From contig CP000071.1 in NCBI GenBank assembly GCA_000002445.1, positions 2,304,001 through 2,368,000 of the forward strand: a stretch of 64,000 nucleotides of DNA, written 5' to 3'. Shown here one piece after another: positions 19,274 through 29,201 of this stretch. The stretch comes from Trypanosoma brucei (lineage: Eukaryota). The first letter of the stretch is position 1. Each line of letters opens with the position of its first letter. The position numbers were made by a program, and so were the translations under genes. A model generated the notes under the pieces. That model ran no database searches, was not told where the DNA came from, and saw only the letters and a list, made by a program, of their open reading frames with translations.

Positions 19274-22200
19274 ATGGCTTCCTTCATGCGTCTTGTTACT
19301 CCACTTGGCGCTGCAGTGGCTTGCAGTCATCTCCTCATGGTTGTGTTACCGCTGCTGTTACTTATTCCTGGTTTATGTGCTGATAAAGACTGTAACAGTA
19401 GCAGTGTAACGGTGAGGGTGTATAATTTGTTGTACGGCTCCGACGTATCAAAAGCAATCTATGAACCCGTCATTGCTGGTTTCAATGCCTCGCTACATGC
19501 GCATAATGATGATTTACCGGCAAATGTGTGCATAGAGGTCGAACATGTTCATGCCAGAAGTGATGAGGATTACGTCTCATATTTAAAGAATAAAATTGAT
19601 GGAGATGCTGCTGTACAAAATAAGAGTGAACTGCCCATTGTGCTGGGACCTTTTGGTGATTGGGAAACTCGTAATATTTCCTCGGAACTTGAAGAGTTGA
19701 AGGTAGTTGCCTTTTCTCCCTTTACTGGATCTTCGGATGTGCGTGTGTGGAAAAAGAATCTGTACTTCCTTACGGCATCACCTATTGCACAGGTGCTTGC
19801 ACTAATTCGTTATGCTGTGAGTCAATTGAGGCTTCAGCGACTGGGTTTTATGTACCTGAAGGGTGTGTTTTATGGCGATAAGGAGTATAAGCTGACACTT
19901 AAGGTAATGTCGATTATGGGCCGTAAATTGTGCGGTGTTTTCGAATTAGACAGCTCTACTGATGGAAGGGCTTCTGATGATGATTTTGAGGCTGCATGGA
20001 AGAGGTTTGCTCCCACGATGCCACAAGGTGTAATTGTGTTTGGTTCGCCAATTGAGGATACGAAGAGGTTCCTGTTGAAGTTTTTAGGGAGCAATGAATT
20101 GAGAGGTGCTTATATATTAATTCCTTCCATGCTTCAATATGTTATCAAAAACAGTTGGATGAAGAAGTTGGCCGTAAAGAATTTTGTGCCTGAGAGAGTG
20201 ATACTGACGGGTCTGACTCCACTTGCAAATGATAATGAATACATAGCAGTACGGAAGTTTCAGACTGATATGGAGAAGTACCTGGAAACAAATGGGAAAC
20301 TTAATGGTCACAATTATGAAAAGGGTCACTTTTACCAGCACAGTACTGACGGAGAATTGATGGTGCACGGATGGATCACAGGCGAGGTCTTGTGGCGTAC
20401 ACTGGGAAGTCGTGAATTACTGTGCAACCGTACAGCTTACATGAACTCTCTGTACAACCAGCGTCGGTATGTTATCGATGATCTTGTGATTGGTGATTTT
20501 GGTGGTGAATGTGAGGGGAAGGCTGGTCAGCGTGGAGCTGCATGCAAATGTAATCAAGGTGGAAATGTTGTTTACATGAAGAGGATGGGAACTGATCGGA
20601 ATCTACATCCTGTGAAGGAGGGTGTAGTGACTCTCGCTTCATCACGCTGCTATACGAATCTCTTACAACTGTATGCCCCATTGAATGGTATAATGTTTCG
20701 ACTAGAAGACAATCCATTGGCTCAGCGGATTACAGAGGAATATCGCGATGGCGCCTCCCTCGTTGTTGGAAAGGGCCAATTGGGTCAAGGTGATCGCTTC
20801 TTTTTGCATGAACTGAATTCGACATCGAGTGCGACAAAGCACAACATGTTAGAGGAGGTTAAAGAGCGTGTTGTGACGGCTGTGTTCGGTGTTGTGGATG
20901 ACGCGCTACTGTCGATGACAGATATGACATTTATTGATCCCATTCCTCTCAGTCCCAGGTTGAAACACCCCGGAAGGAATGTGTTGCATTTGTCTCCAAC
21001 AATTGAACAGCAGATTTTTGTAATGGTGGAGCGTGTTGTGGTTCCGAATTCCTGGGGGAGTGTGCATGCCATTGTTCGCAGTAGTGATGCACGTGGAATA
21101 AAATCTGTTCTTCGAAAGACTTTTTGGGCACTTGGTGGGTCGCTGGGTGCTTTCGACGAAGTTACCGACGGTGAAAGTGTGAAGAGTTTGTTACCGCATA
21201 GCGGTTTCGTTCTCGTTATTGGTCTAACTGAAGCTGATATTACTGCAATTGCTGAGCATCTTGACAATCACAGGGAAGTGCGTGTATTTGTGTTATTCTT
21301 CGATGTGGCACTGCTGTACAGTGAGTTTGTGAAGGTATTCAAAAAGCATCCGCAAGCTGCCGAGCGGTTACTATTCGCAACAAGCCTACCACACTGGGCA
21401 GACAACAATACGACATCCGAGACGGTTCAGGAATTTCACAGGGACGTGGGGAATGAGAGTAAATGGACTCCACTGGCGCTACTTGGGTACGCGACTGCAC
21501 GTGCAATGGAAAGTGTTGTGTTGCAAATGGGGCGTGTGAACTCAGAAGAGCTTATCAACACTATATTCAGTCAGTCTGTAATTGTAGCGGATGACATGTG
21601 GTATGGACCCTTTGAGGACAGTTGTTCCAATAGCCGCTGGTCATCAGCGAAAGACTGCATTGTGAATTACGGTGCGACACATATTTCCGTGTGGTCCATG
21701 GCTCGTGTGTTGAATCCTTCCGTACCTCCTGTTAGTGGAGTAGCAACACCATCAATACGTTACTACAAAGATGGATTGAATATGACTGAGGAAGAATTTA
21801 TTGGCACAATTGTGGGTACCATTTTGTGTTTGATAGCACTTGTGCTGATAGTAATGCTTATGCGGAAATGTATGCGTGGGGATACTCGCGATAACGAGAA
21901 CGCACCAAAAGAATTGACAGACCCCGTAACGCTAATATTCACTGACATCGAGAGCAGCACTGCGCAGTGGGCAGCACACCCTGAGCTTATGCCTGATGCC
22001 GTTGCAACACATCACCGCCTAATTCGCACATTGATTTCCAAGTATGGATGCTATGAAGTGAAGACTGTTGGAGATTCTTTTATGATTGCATGCAAGAGCC
22101 CTTTCGCTGCTACGCAATTAGCATGTGACCTGCAACGATGCTTTTTAGAACATGATTGGAAGACTGATGTGTTTGATACGTCTTATCGTGAGTTTGAGCG

Positions 22201-23068
22201 GCAGCGTGCGGAAGATGATGGGGATTATGTTCCACCCACTGGCCATCTTGACCCTGATGTTTACAGTCGGTTGTGGAATGGACTGCGAGTGCGTGTTGGA
22301 ATCCACACCGGGTTGTGTGATATTCGGCATGATGAAGTGACGAAAGGATATGACTTTTACGGTCGTACATCGAATATGGCAGCACGGGCTGAGAGCATTG
22401 CTAATGGCGGGCAGGTGCTGTTGACACGTTCGACATACCTTTCATTGAGTACTTCGGAGCGTGAGCAATTAAATGTGACTGCATTGGGTGATGTGCCATT
22501 GCGTGGTGTACCCAAACCTGTGGAGATGTACCAATTGAATGCGGTACCCGGAAGGACATTTACTACACTGCGACTTGACCGTCGAATTATTGATGAAGAT
22601 ACGAGTGTTTCTTGCAGTGATGGGAGTTCCATTGGTGCAGTTCTCAGTGATGCCGCTTATCAGGTTGTTGCTTGTGTTGAAGCACTACTTGGTGCATTCC
22701 CTACTGCGCAGCGTAAGAAATTACTTATGCCATTTTGTAACCGATGGGGAGTTTCGGCGCCTCGTAATGTTTCTGATACGTGGGATGCAACCACGTGCCG
22801 TAATGTCACTCGCCTGCTTGCCGCGAAGGTTGGTCGTGTTGTGGATTTTGGGACGAAGAATACTCATGACAGTGTACAATCCTTTGATAGACGCTCCAGC
22901 ACGTCCCGTCCCCTCTTAAATGCTGTTTCTGAGGAGTGTAGTTTAGCTTCAACTTCCTCCTGTATTCAATCCAGCTGCAGTGTTGTGTACATGATGAATG
23001 GGTCAGATGATGATACCAGCAAATGTTCCCCTAAGCATTGTAATATGTGTCCATTATTGCCAGAATAA
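19274..23068 (+). CDS. GRESAG4: Receptor-type adenylate cyclase, copy 5 (1264 aa). The N-terminal patch is a beta/alpha/beta mosaic. The tail carries F-type patches (LDRRIIDEDTS, AAYQ, SAPRNV).
   Basis: ORF 19130..23068, with the first ATG at 19274. Confidence 0.9.
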   Translation: MASFMRLVTPLGAAVACSHLLMVVLPLLLLIPGLCADKDCNSSSVTVRVYNLLYGSDVSKAIYEPVIAGFNASLHAHNDDLPANVCIEVEHVHARSDEDYVSYLKNKIDGDAAVQNKSELPIVLGPFGDWETRNISSELEELKVVAFSPFTGSSDVRVWKKNLYFLTASPIAQVLALIRYAVSQLRLQRLGFMYLKGVFYGDKEYKLTLKVMSIMGRKLCGVFELDSSTDGRASDDDFEAAWKRFAPTMPQGVIVFGSPIEDTKRFLLKFLGSNELRGAYILIPSMLQYVIKNSWMKKLAVKNFVPERVILTGLTPLANDNEYIAVRKFQTDMEKYLETNGKLNGHNYEKGHFYQHSTDGELMVHGWITGEVLWRTLGSRELLCNRTAYMNSLYNQRRYVIDDLVIGDFGGECEGKAGQRGAACKCNQGGNVVYMKRMGTDRNLHPVKEGVVTLASSRCYTNLLQLYAPLNGIMFRLEDNPLAQRITEEYRDGASLVVGKGQLGQGDRFFLHELNSTSSATKHNMLEEVKERVVTAVFGVVDDALLSMTDMTFIDPIPLSPRLKHPGRNVLHLSPTIEQQIFVMVERVVVPNSWGSVHAIVRSSDARGIKSVLRKTFWALGGSLGAFDEVTDGESVKSLLPHSGFVLVIGLTEADITAIAEHLDNHREVRVFVLFFDVALLYSEFVKVFKKHPQAAERLLFATSLPHWADNNTTSETVQEFHRDVGNESKWTPLALLGYATARAMESVVLQMGRVNSEELINTIFSQSVIVADDMWYGPFEDSCSNSRWSSAKDCIVNYGATHISVWSMARVLNPSVPPVSGVATPSIRYYKDGLNMTEEEFIGTIVGTILCLIALVLIVMLMRKCMRGDTRDNENAPKELTDPVTLIFTDIESSTAQWAAHPELMPDAVATHHRLIRTLISKYGCYEVKTVGDSFMIACKSPFAATQLACDLQRCFLEHDWKTDVFDTSYREFERQRAEDDGDYVPPTGHLDPDVYSRLWNGLRVRVGIHTGLCDIRHDEVTKGYDFYGRTSNMAARAESIANGGQVLLTRSTYLSLSTSEREQLNVTALGDVPLRGVPKPVEMYQLNAVPGRTFTTLRLDRRIIDEDTSVSCSDGSSIGAVLSDAAYQVVACVEALLGAFPTAQRKKLLMPFCNRWGVSAPRNVSDTWDATTCRNVTRLLAAKVGRVVDFGTKNTHDSVQSFDRRSSTSRPLLNAVSEECSLASTSSCIQSSCSVVYMMNGSDDDTSKCSPKHCNMCPLLPE

Positions 23069-23825
23069 TTGGGTAAGGTTCAATACATGATCTGTGCATG
23101 TTTCTTTTTAGATTTATTGTTTTCGATAATATTCTTTTTAGGTTATATTTTCCACTTCTATGTATGCTCAGCATCCTCCTCACATGTTGGGTGGTTTTAA
23201 AAATTTTCCTTAGTTGATTAATTTTTTTTAGGGACGTTATTGACTTCTAATAATAATAAACTTAGTGTGTTTACTTGTTTTTAATCCTTTAAGATGTGGC
23301 ACGGTAGCACTCATGTTACTACTGATGCTCCGGCCCATAGTTTATGATATGTGTTCTTTTCCACCCCCGGTGAGTGGGTGTCAGGCAAAATGCACTGATA
23401 TCCTCTTTTGGTGGGAATTTATAAGTTACCATGCTGGACAGTTGAGCCACCGTATTATTAACTTCTAATGTTGCTGTTGGTACAACATATCAGTGTTGTT
23501 CACTTTGCTTTCCTTTACTATTATGTTGAAATGGTTTATTGTTTTTTTCTTTTTGTGTGCATATATATGTATATGTGTTTCGATATACCGTCACCACTCT
23601 ACCACGTTGATGGATTGGGGAATGGCTACTGATTGATTAATGCATGGTTTTTTGTCACTTTAATAACAGCATTGTATTCCATGATGGCTTTCAGCAACTG
23701 ACCCTTGTGTGTAATTTCCTGTTTATTTCCCTCTACTGACACAAATCTTTTTTACTAATATCTTTTCCTTCTTTTATCACTTTCCAGGACTTGACAAGCC
23801 AAATATGTGAGGCTGGCTATTGCAT
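23069..23825. repeat. Intergenic 3'-flank element A, of the same variant as 14414..15170.
   Basis: Colinear identity, including taataataataaacttagtgtgtttacttgtttttaatcctttaagatgtggcacgg. Confidence 0.7.
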
Positions 23826-24091
23826 TCGGAAGGACATTTACTACACTGCGACTTGACCATGAGGTTGCTGATGACGAAGATACGAGTGTTTCTTGCAGTG
23901 ATGGGAGTTCCATTGGTGCAGTTCTCAGTGATGCCGCTCATCAGGCCGTTGCTTTTATTGAAGCACTACTTGGTGCATTCCCTACTGCGCAGCGTAAGAA
24001 ATTACTTATGCCATTTTGTAACCGATGGGGAGTTTCGGCACCTTATAATGTTTCTGATACGTGGGATGCAACCACGTGCCATAATGTTACA
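23826..24091 (+). pseudogene. F fragment upstream of copy 6.
   Basis: ORF 23807..24106. Confidence 0.75.
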
Positions 24092-24106
24092 GTCACTTGT
24101 GTGTAA

Positions 24107-24240
24107 TTGAATTTCAACTGCACTCTCTTCTGCTCCCTTTCGTGCCCTTACAGTATTGTTGTCTATTATCATTATTATCATTATTCTCTCATTTCTCTTC
24201 TTTAAGACTTACGAATTCCTCAAGTCAAGTCACCAGTGTT
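24107..24240 (+). promoter_or_regulatory. Polypyrimidine/AG putative trans-splice acceptor region of copy 6.
   Basis: It is homologous to 5507..5640. Confidence 0.5.
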
Positions 24241-27200
24241 ATGGCTTCCTTCATGCGTCTTGTTACTCCACTTGGCGCTGCAGTGGCTTGCAGTCATCTC
24301 CTCATGGTTGTGTTACCGCTGCTGTTACTTATTCCTGGTTTATGTGCTGATAAAGACTGTAACAGTAGCAGTGTAACGGTGAGGGTGTATAATTTGTTGT
24401 ACAGCTTTAAGATATCAAGTAAAATCTATGAACCCGTCATTGCTGGTTTCAATGCCTCGCTACATGCGCATAATGATGATTTGCCGGCAAATGTGTGCAT
24501 AGAGGTCGAACATGTTCATGCCAGAAGCGATGAGGATTACGTCTCATATTTAAAGAATAAAATTGATGGAGATGCTGCTGTACAAAATAAGAGTGAACTG
24601 CCCATTGTGCTGGGACCTTTTGGTGATGTGACTACTCTCCATCTCACCAGGGAACTTGAGAAGTTTGAAATAGTGGCCTTTTCTCCCTTTACTGGATCTT
24701 CGGATGTGCGTGTGTGGAAAAAGAACCTGTACTATCTTACGGCATCGCCTGTTGCACAGGTGCTTGCACTAATTCGTTATGCAGTGAGTCAATTGAGGTT
24801 TCAGCGACTGGGTTTTATGTACCTGAAGGGTGTGTTTTATGGCGATAAGGAGTATAAGCTGACACTTAAGGTAATGTCGATTATGGGCCGTAAATTGTGC
24901 GGTGTTTTCGAATTAGACAGCTCTACTGATGGAAGGGCTTCTGATGATGATTTTGAGGCTGCATGGAAAAGGTTTGCTCCCACGATGCCACAAGGTGTAA
25001 TTGTGTTTGGTTCGCCAATTGAGGATACGAAGAGGTTCCTGATGAAGTTTTTAGGGAGCAATGAATTGAGAGGTGCTTATATATTAATTCCTTCCATGCT
25101 TCAATATGTTATCAAAAACAGTTGGGTGAAGGAGTTGGCCGTAAAGAATTTTGTGCCTGAGAGAGTGATACTGACGGGTCCGAGTCCACTTGCAAATGAT
25201 AATGAATACATAGCAGTACGGAAGTTTCAGACTGATATGGAGAAGTACCTGGAAACAAATGGGAAACTTAATGGTCACAATTATGAAAAGGGTCACTTTT
25301 ACCAGCACAGTACTGACGGAGAGTTGATGGTGCACGGATGGATCACAGGCGAGGTCTTGTGGCGTACACTGGGAAGTCGTGAATTACTGTGCAACCGTAC
25401 AGCTTACATGAACTCTCTGTACAACCAGCGTCGGTATGTTATCGATGATCTTGTGATTGGTGATTTTGGTGGTGAATGTGAGGGGAAGGCTGGTCAGCGT
25501 GGAGCTGCATGCAAATGTAATCAAGGTGGAAATGTTGTTTACATGAAGAGGATGGGAACTGATCGGAATCTACATCCTGTGAAGGAGGGTGTAGTGACTC
25601 TCGCTTCATCACGCTGCTATACGAATCTCTTACAACTGTATGCCCCATTGAATGGTATAATGTTTCGACTGGAAGACAATCCATTGGCGCAGCGGATTAC
25701 AGAGGAATATCGCGATGGCGCCTCCCCCGTTGTTGGAAAGGGCCAATTGGGTCAAGGTGATCGCTTCTTTTTGCATGAACTGAATTCGACATCGAGTGCG
25801 ACAAAGCACAACATGTTAGAGGAGGTTAAAGAGCGTGTTGTGACGGCCGTGTTCGGTGTTGTGGATGACGCGCTACTGTCGATGACAGATATGACATTTA
25901 TTGATCCCATTCCTCTCAGTCCCAGGTTGAAACACCCCGGAAGGAATGTGTTGCATTTGTCTCCAACAATTGAGCAGCAGATTTTTGTAATGGTGGAGCG
26001 TGTTGTGGTTCCGAATTCCTGGGGGAGTGTGCATGCCATTGTTCGCAGTAGTGATGCACGTGGAATAAAATCTGTTCTTCGAAAGACTTTTTGGGCACTT
26101 GGTGGGTCGCTGGGTGCTTTCGACGAAGTTACCGACGGTGAAAGTGTGAAGAGTTTGTTACCGCATAGCGGTTTCGTTCTCGTTATTGGTCTAACTGAAG
26201 CTGATATTACTGCAATTGCTGAGCATCTTGACAATCACAGGGAAGTGCGTGTATTTGTGTTATTCTTCGATGTGGCACTGCTGTACAGTGAGTTTGTGAA
26301 GGTATTCAAAAAGCATCCGCAAGCTGCCGAGCGGTTACTATTCGCAACAAGCCTACCACACTGGGCAGACAACAATACGACATCCGAGACGGTTCAGGAA
26401 TTTCACAGGGACGTGGGGAATGAGAGTAAATGGACTCCACTGGCGCTACTTGGGTACGCGACTGCACGTGCAATGGAAAGTGTTGTGTTGCAAATGGGGC
26501 GTGTGAACTCAGAAGAGCTTATCAACACTATATTCAGTCAGTCTGTAATTGTAGCGGATGACATGTGGTATGGACCCTTTGAGGACAGTTGTTCCAATAG
26601 CCGCTGGTCATCAGCGAAAGACTGCATTGTGAATTACGGTGCGACACATATTTCCGTGTGGTCCATGGCTCGTGTGTTGAATCCTTCCGTACCTCCTGTT
26701 AGTGGAGTAGCAACACCATCAATACGTTACTACAAAGATGGATTGAATATGACTGAGGAAGAATTTATTGGCACAATTGTGGGTACCATTTTGTGTTTGA
26801 TAGCACTTGTGCTGATAGTAATGCTTATGCGGAAATGTATGCGTGGGGATACTCGCGATAACGAGAACGCACCAAAAGAATTGACAGACCCCGTAACGCT
26901 AATATTCACTGACATCGAGAGCAGCACTGCGCAGTGGGCAGCACACCCTGAGCTTATGCCTGATGCCGTTGCAACACATCACCGCCTAATTCGCACATTG
27001 ATTTCCAAGTATGGATGCTATGAAGTGAAGACTGTTGGAGATTCTTTTATGATTGCATGCAAGAGCCCTTTCGCTGCTGCGCAATTAGCGTGTGACCTGC
27101 AGCGGTGCTTTTTAGAACATGATTGGAAGACTGATGTGTTTGATACGTCTTATCGTGAGTTTGAGCGGCAGCGTGCGGAAGATGATGGGGATTATGTTCC

Positions 27201-28044
27201 ACCCACTGGCCATCTTGACCCTGATGTTTACAGTCGGTTGTGGAATGGACTGCGAGTGCGTGTTGGAATCCACACCGGGTTGTGTGATATTCGGCATGAT
27301 GAAGTGACGAAAGGATATGACTTTTACGGTCGTACATCGAATATGGCAGCACGGACTGAGAGCATTGCTAATGGCGGGCAGGTGCTGTTGACACGTTCGA
27401 CATACCTTTCATTGAGTACTTCGGAGCGTGAGCAATTAAATGTGACTGCATTGGGTGATGTGCCATTGCGTGGTGTACCCAAACCTGTGGAGATGTACCA
27501 ATTGAATGCGGTACCCGGAAGGACATTTACTACACTGCGACTTGACCATGAGGTTGCTGATGACGAAGATACGAGTGTTTCTTGCAGTGATGGGAGTTCC
27601 ATTGGTGCAGTTCTCAGTGATGCCGCTCATCAGGTTGTTGCTTTTATTGAAGCACTACTTGGTGCATTCCCTACTGCGCAGCGTAAGAAATTACTTATGC
27701 CATTTTGTACCCGATGGGGAGTTTCGTTACCTTATAATGTTTCTGATACGTGGGATGCAACCACGTGCCGTAATGTCACTCGCCTGCTTGCCGCGAGGGT
27801 TGGTCGTGTTGTGGATTTTGGGACGAAGAATACTCATGACAGTGTACAATCCTTTGATAGACGCTCGGGAACTTTCCCACCTGGATTGGTTGCCTCTGTT
27901 CCTGAGGAGTGTAGTTTAGCTTCAACTTCCTCCTGTATTCAATCCAGCTGCAGTGTTGTGTACATGATGAATGGGTCAGATGATGATGATACCAGCAAAT
28001 ATTCCCCTAAGCATTGTAATATGTGTCCGTTATTGCCAGAATAA
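24241..28044 (+). CDS. GRESAG4: Receptor-type adenylate cyclase, copy 6 (1267 aa). The N-terminal patch is of the alpha type.
   Basis: ORF 24097..28044, with the first ATG at 24241. Confidence 0.9.
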   Translation: MASFMRLVTPLGAAVACSHLLMVVLPLLLLIPGLCADKDCNSSSVTVRVYNLLYSFKISSKIYEPVIAGFNASLHAHNDDLPANVCIEVEHVHARSDEDYVSYLKNKIDGDAAVQNKSELPIVLGPFGDVTTLHLTRELEKFEIVAFSPFTGSSDVRVWKKNLYYLTASPVAQVLALIRYAVSQLRFQRLGFMYLKGVFYGDKEYKLTLKVMSIMGRKLCGVFELDSSTDGRASDDDFEAAWKRFAPTMPQGVIVFGSPIEDTKRFLMKFLGSNELRGAYILIPSMLQYVIKNSWVKELAVKNFVPERVILTGPSPLANDNEYIAVRKFQTDMEKYLETNGKLNGHNYEKGHFYQHSTDGELMVHGWITGEVLWRTLGSRELLCNRTAYMNSLYNQRRYVIDDLVIGDFGGECEGKAGQRGAACKCNQGGNVVYMKRMGTDRNLHPVKEGVVTLASSRCYTNLLQLYAPLNGIMFRLEDNPLAQRITEEYRDGASPVVGKGQLGQGDRFFLHELNSTSSATKHNMLEEVKERVVTAVFGVVDDALLSMTDMTFIDPIPLSPRLKHPGRNVLHLSPTIEQQIFVMVERVVVPNSWGSVHAIVRSSDARGIKSVLRKTFWALGGSLGAFDEVTDGESVKSLLPHSGFVLVIGLTEADITAIAEHLDNHREVRVFVLFFDVALLYSEFVKVFKKHPQAAERLLFATSLPHWADNNTTSETVQEFHRDVGNESKWTPLALLGYATARAMESVVLQMGRVNSEELINTIFSQSVIVADDMWYGPFEDSCSNSRWSSAKDCIVNYGATHISVWSMARVLNPSVPPVSGVATPSIRYYKDGLNMTEEEFIGTIVGTILCLIALVLIVMLMRKCMRGDTRDNENAPKELTDPVTLIFTDIESSTAQWAAHPELMPDAVATHHRLIRTLISKYGCYEVKTVGDSFMIACKSPFAAAQLACDLQRCFLEHDWKTDVFDTSYREFERQRAEDDGDYVPPTGHLDPDVYSRLWNGLRVRVGIHTGLCDIRHDEVTKGYDFYGRTSNMAARTESIANGGQVLLTRSTYLSLSTSEREQLNVTALGDVPLRGVPKPVEMYQLNAVPGRTFTTLRLDHEVADDEDTSVSCSDGSSIGAVLSDAAHQVVAFIEALLGAFPTAQRKKLLMPFCTRWGVSLPYNVSDTWDATTCRNVTRLLAARVGRVVDFGTKNTHDSVQSFDRRSGTFPPGLVASVPEECSLASTSSCIQSSCSVVYMMNGSDDDDTSKYSPKHCNMCPLLPE

Positions 28045-28786
28045 TTGGATAAGGTTCAATACATGATCTGTGCATGTTTCTTTTTAGATTCATTGTTTTC
28101 GATAATATTCTTTTTAGGTTGTCTCTATTACTATGTATGCGCAGCATCCTCCTCACATGTTGGGTGCTTTGTGTTTTTTTGGTAATTGATAAATTTGTTT
28201 CAGGACGTTGCCAACCTATGGTAATAATAAGTATATGGGTAATAGTTTTTTTCCTTTATTATGCGATACCGGAGCATGCATATCACTGCTGATGCTCCGG
28301 CCCATAGTTTATGATATGTGTTCTTTTCCACCCCCGGTGAGCGGGTGTCAGGCAAAATGCACTGATATCCTCTTTTGGTGGGAATTTATAAGTTACCATG
28401 CTGGACAGTTGAGCCACCGTATTATTAACTTCTAATGTTGCTGTTGGTACAACATATCAGTGGTGTTCACTTTGCTTTCCTTTACTATTATATTGAAATG
28501 GATTATTGTTTTTTTCTTTTTGTGTGCATATATCTGTGTTTCGATATACCGTCACCACTCTACCACGTTGATGGATTGGGGAATGGCTACTGATTGATTA
28601 ATGCATGGTTTTTTGTCACTTTAATAACAACATTGTATTCCATGATGGCTTTCAGCAACTGACCCTTGTGTGTAATTTCCTGTTTATTTCCCTCTACTGA
28701 CACAAATCTTTTTTACTAATATCTTTTCCTTCTTTTATCACTTTCCAGGACTTGACAAGCCAAATATGTGAGACTGGCTATTGCAT
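28045..28786. repeat. Intergenic 3'-flank element A. The 5' part is a fourth variant and the 3' part is conserved.
   Basis: It shares the 9677-9708-type segment (gcgataccggagcatgcatatcactgctgatgctccggcc) with 9445..10200, and shares the conserved 3' half with all the spacers. Confidence 0.7.
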
Positions 28787-29052
28787 TCGGAAGGACATTT
28801 ACTACATTGCGACTGGACCGTCGAATTATTGATGACGAAGATACGAGTGTTTCTTGCAGTGATGGGAGTTCCATTGGTGCAGTTCTCAGTGATGCCGCTT
28901 ATCAGGCCGTTGCTTTTATTGAAGCACTACTTGGTGCATTCCCTACTGCGCAGCGTAAGAAATTACTTATGCCATTTTGTAACCGATGGGGAGTTTCGGC
29001 GCCTTATAATGTTTCTGATACGTGGGATGCAACCACGTGCCATAATGTTACA
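28787..29052 (+). pseudogene. F fragment upstream of copy 7. It carries the LDRRIIDDED variant.
   Basis: ORF 28768..29067. Confidence 0.75.
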
Positions 29053-29067
29053 GTCACTTGTGTGTAA

Positions 29068-29201
29068 TTGAATTTCAACTGCACTCTCTTCTGCTCCCTT
29101 TCGTGCCCTTACTTTATTGTTGTCTATTATCATTATTATCATTATTCTCTCATTTCTCTCCTTTAAGACTTACGAATTCCTCAAGTCAAGTCACCAGTGT
29201 T
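29068..29201 (+). promoter_or_regulatory. Polypyrimidine/AG putative trans-splice acceptor region of copy 7.
   Basis: It is homologous to 5507..5640. Confidence 0.5.
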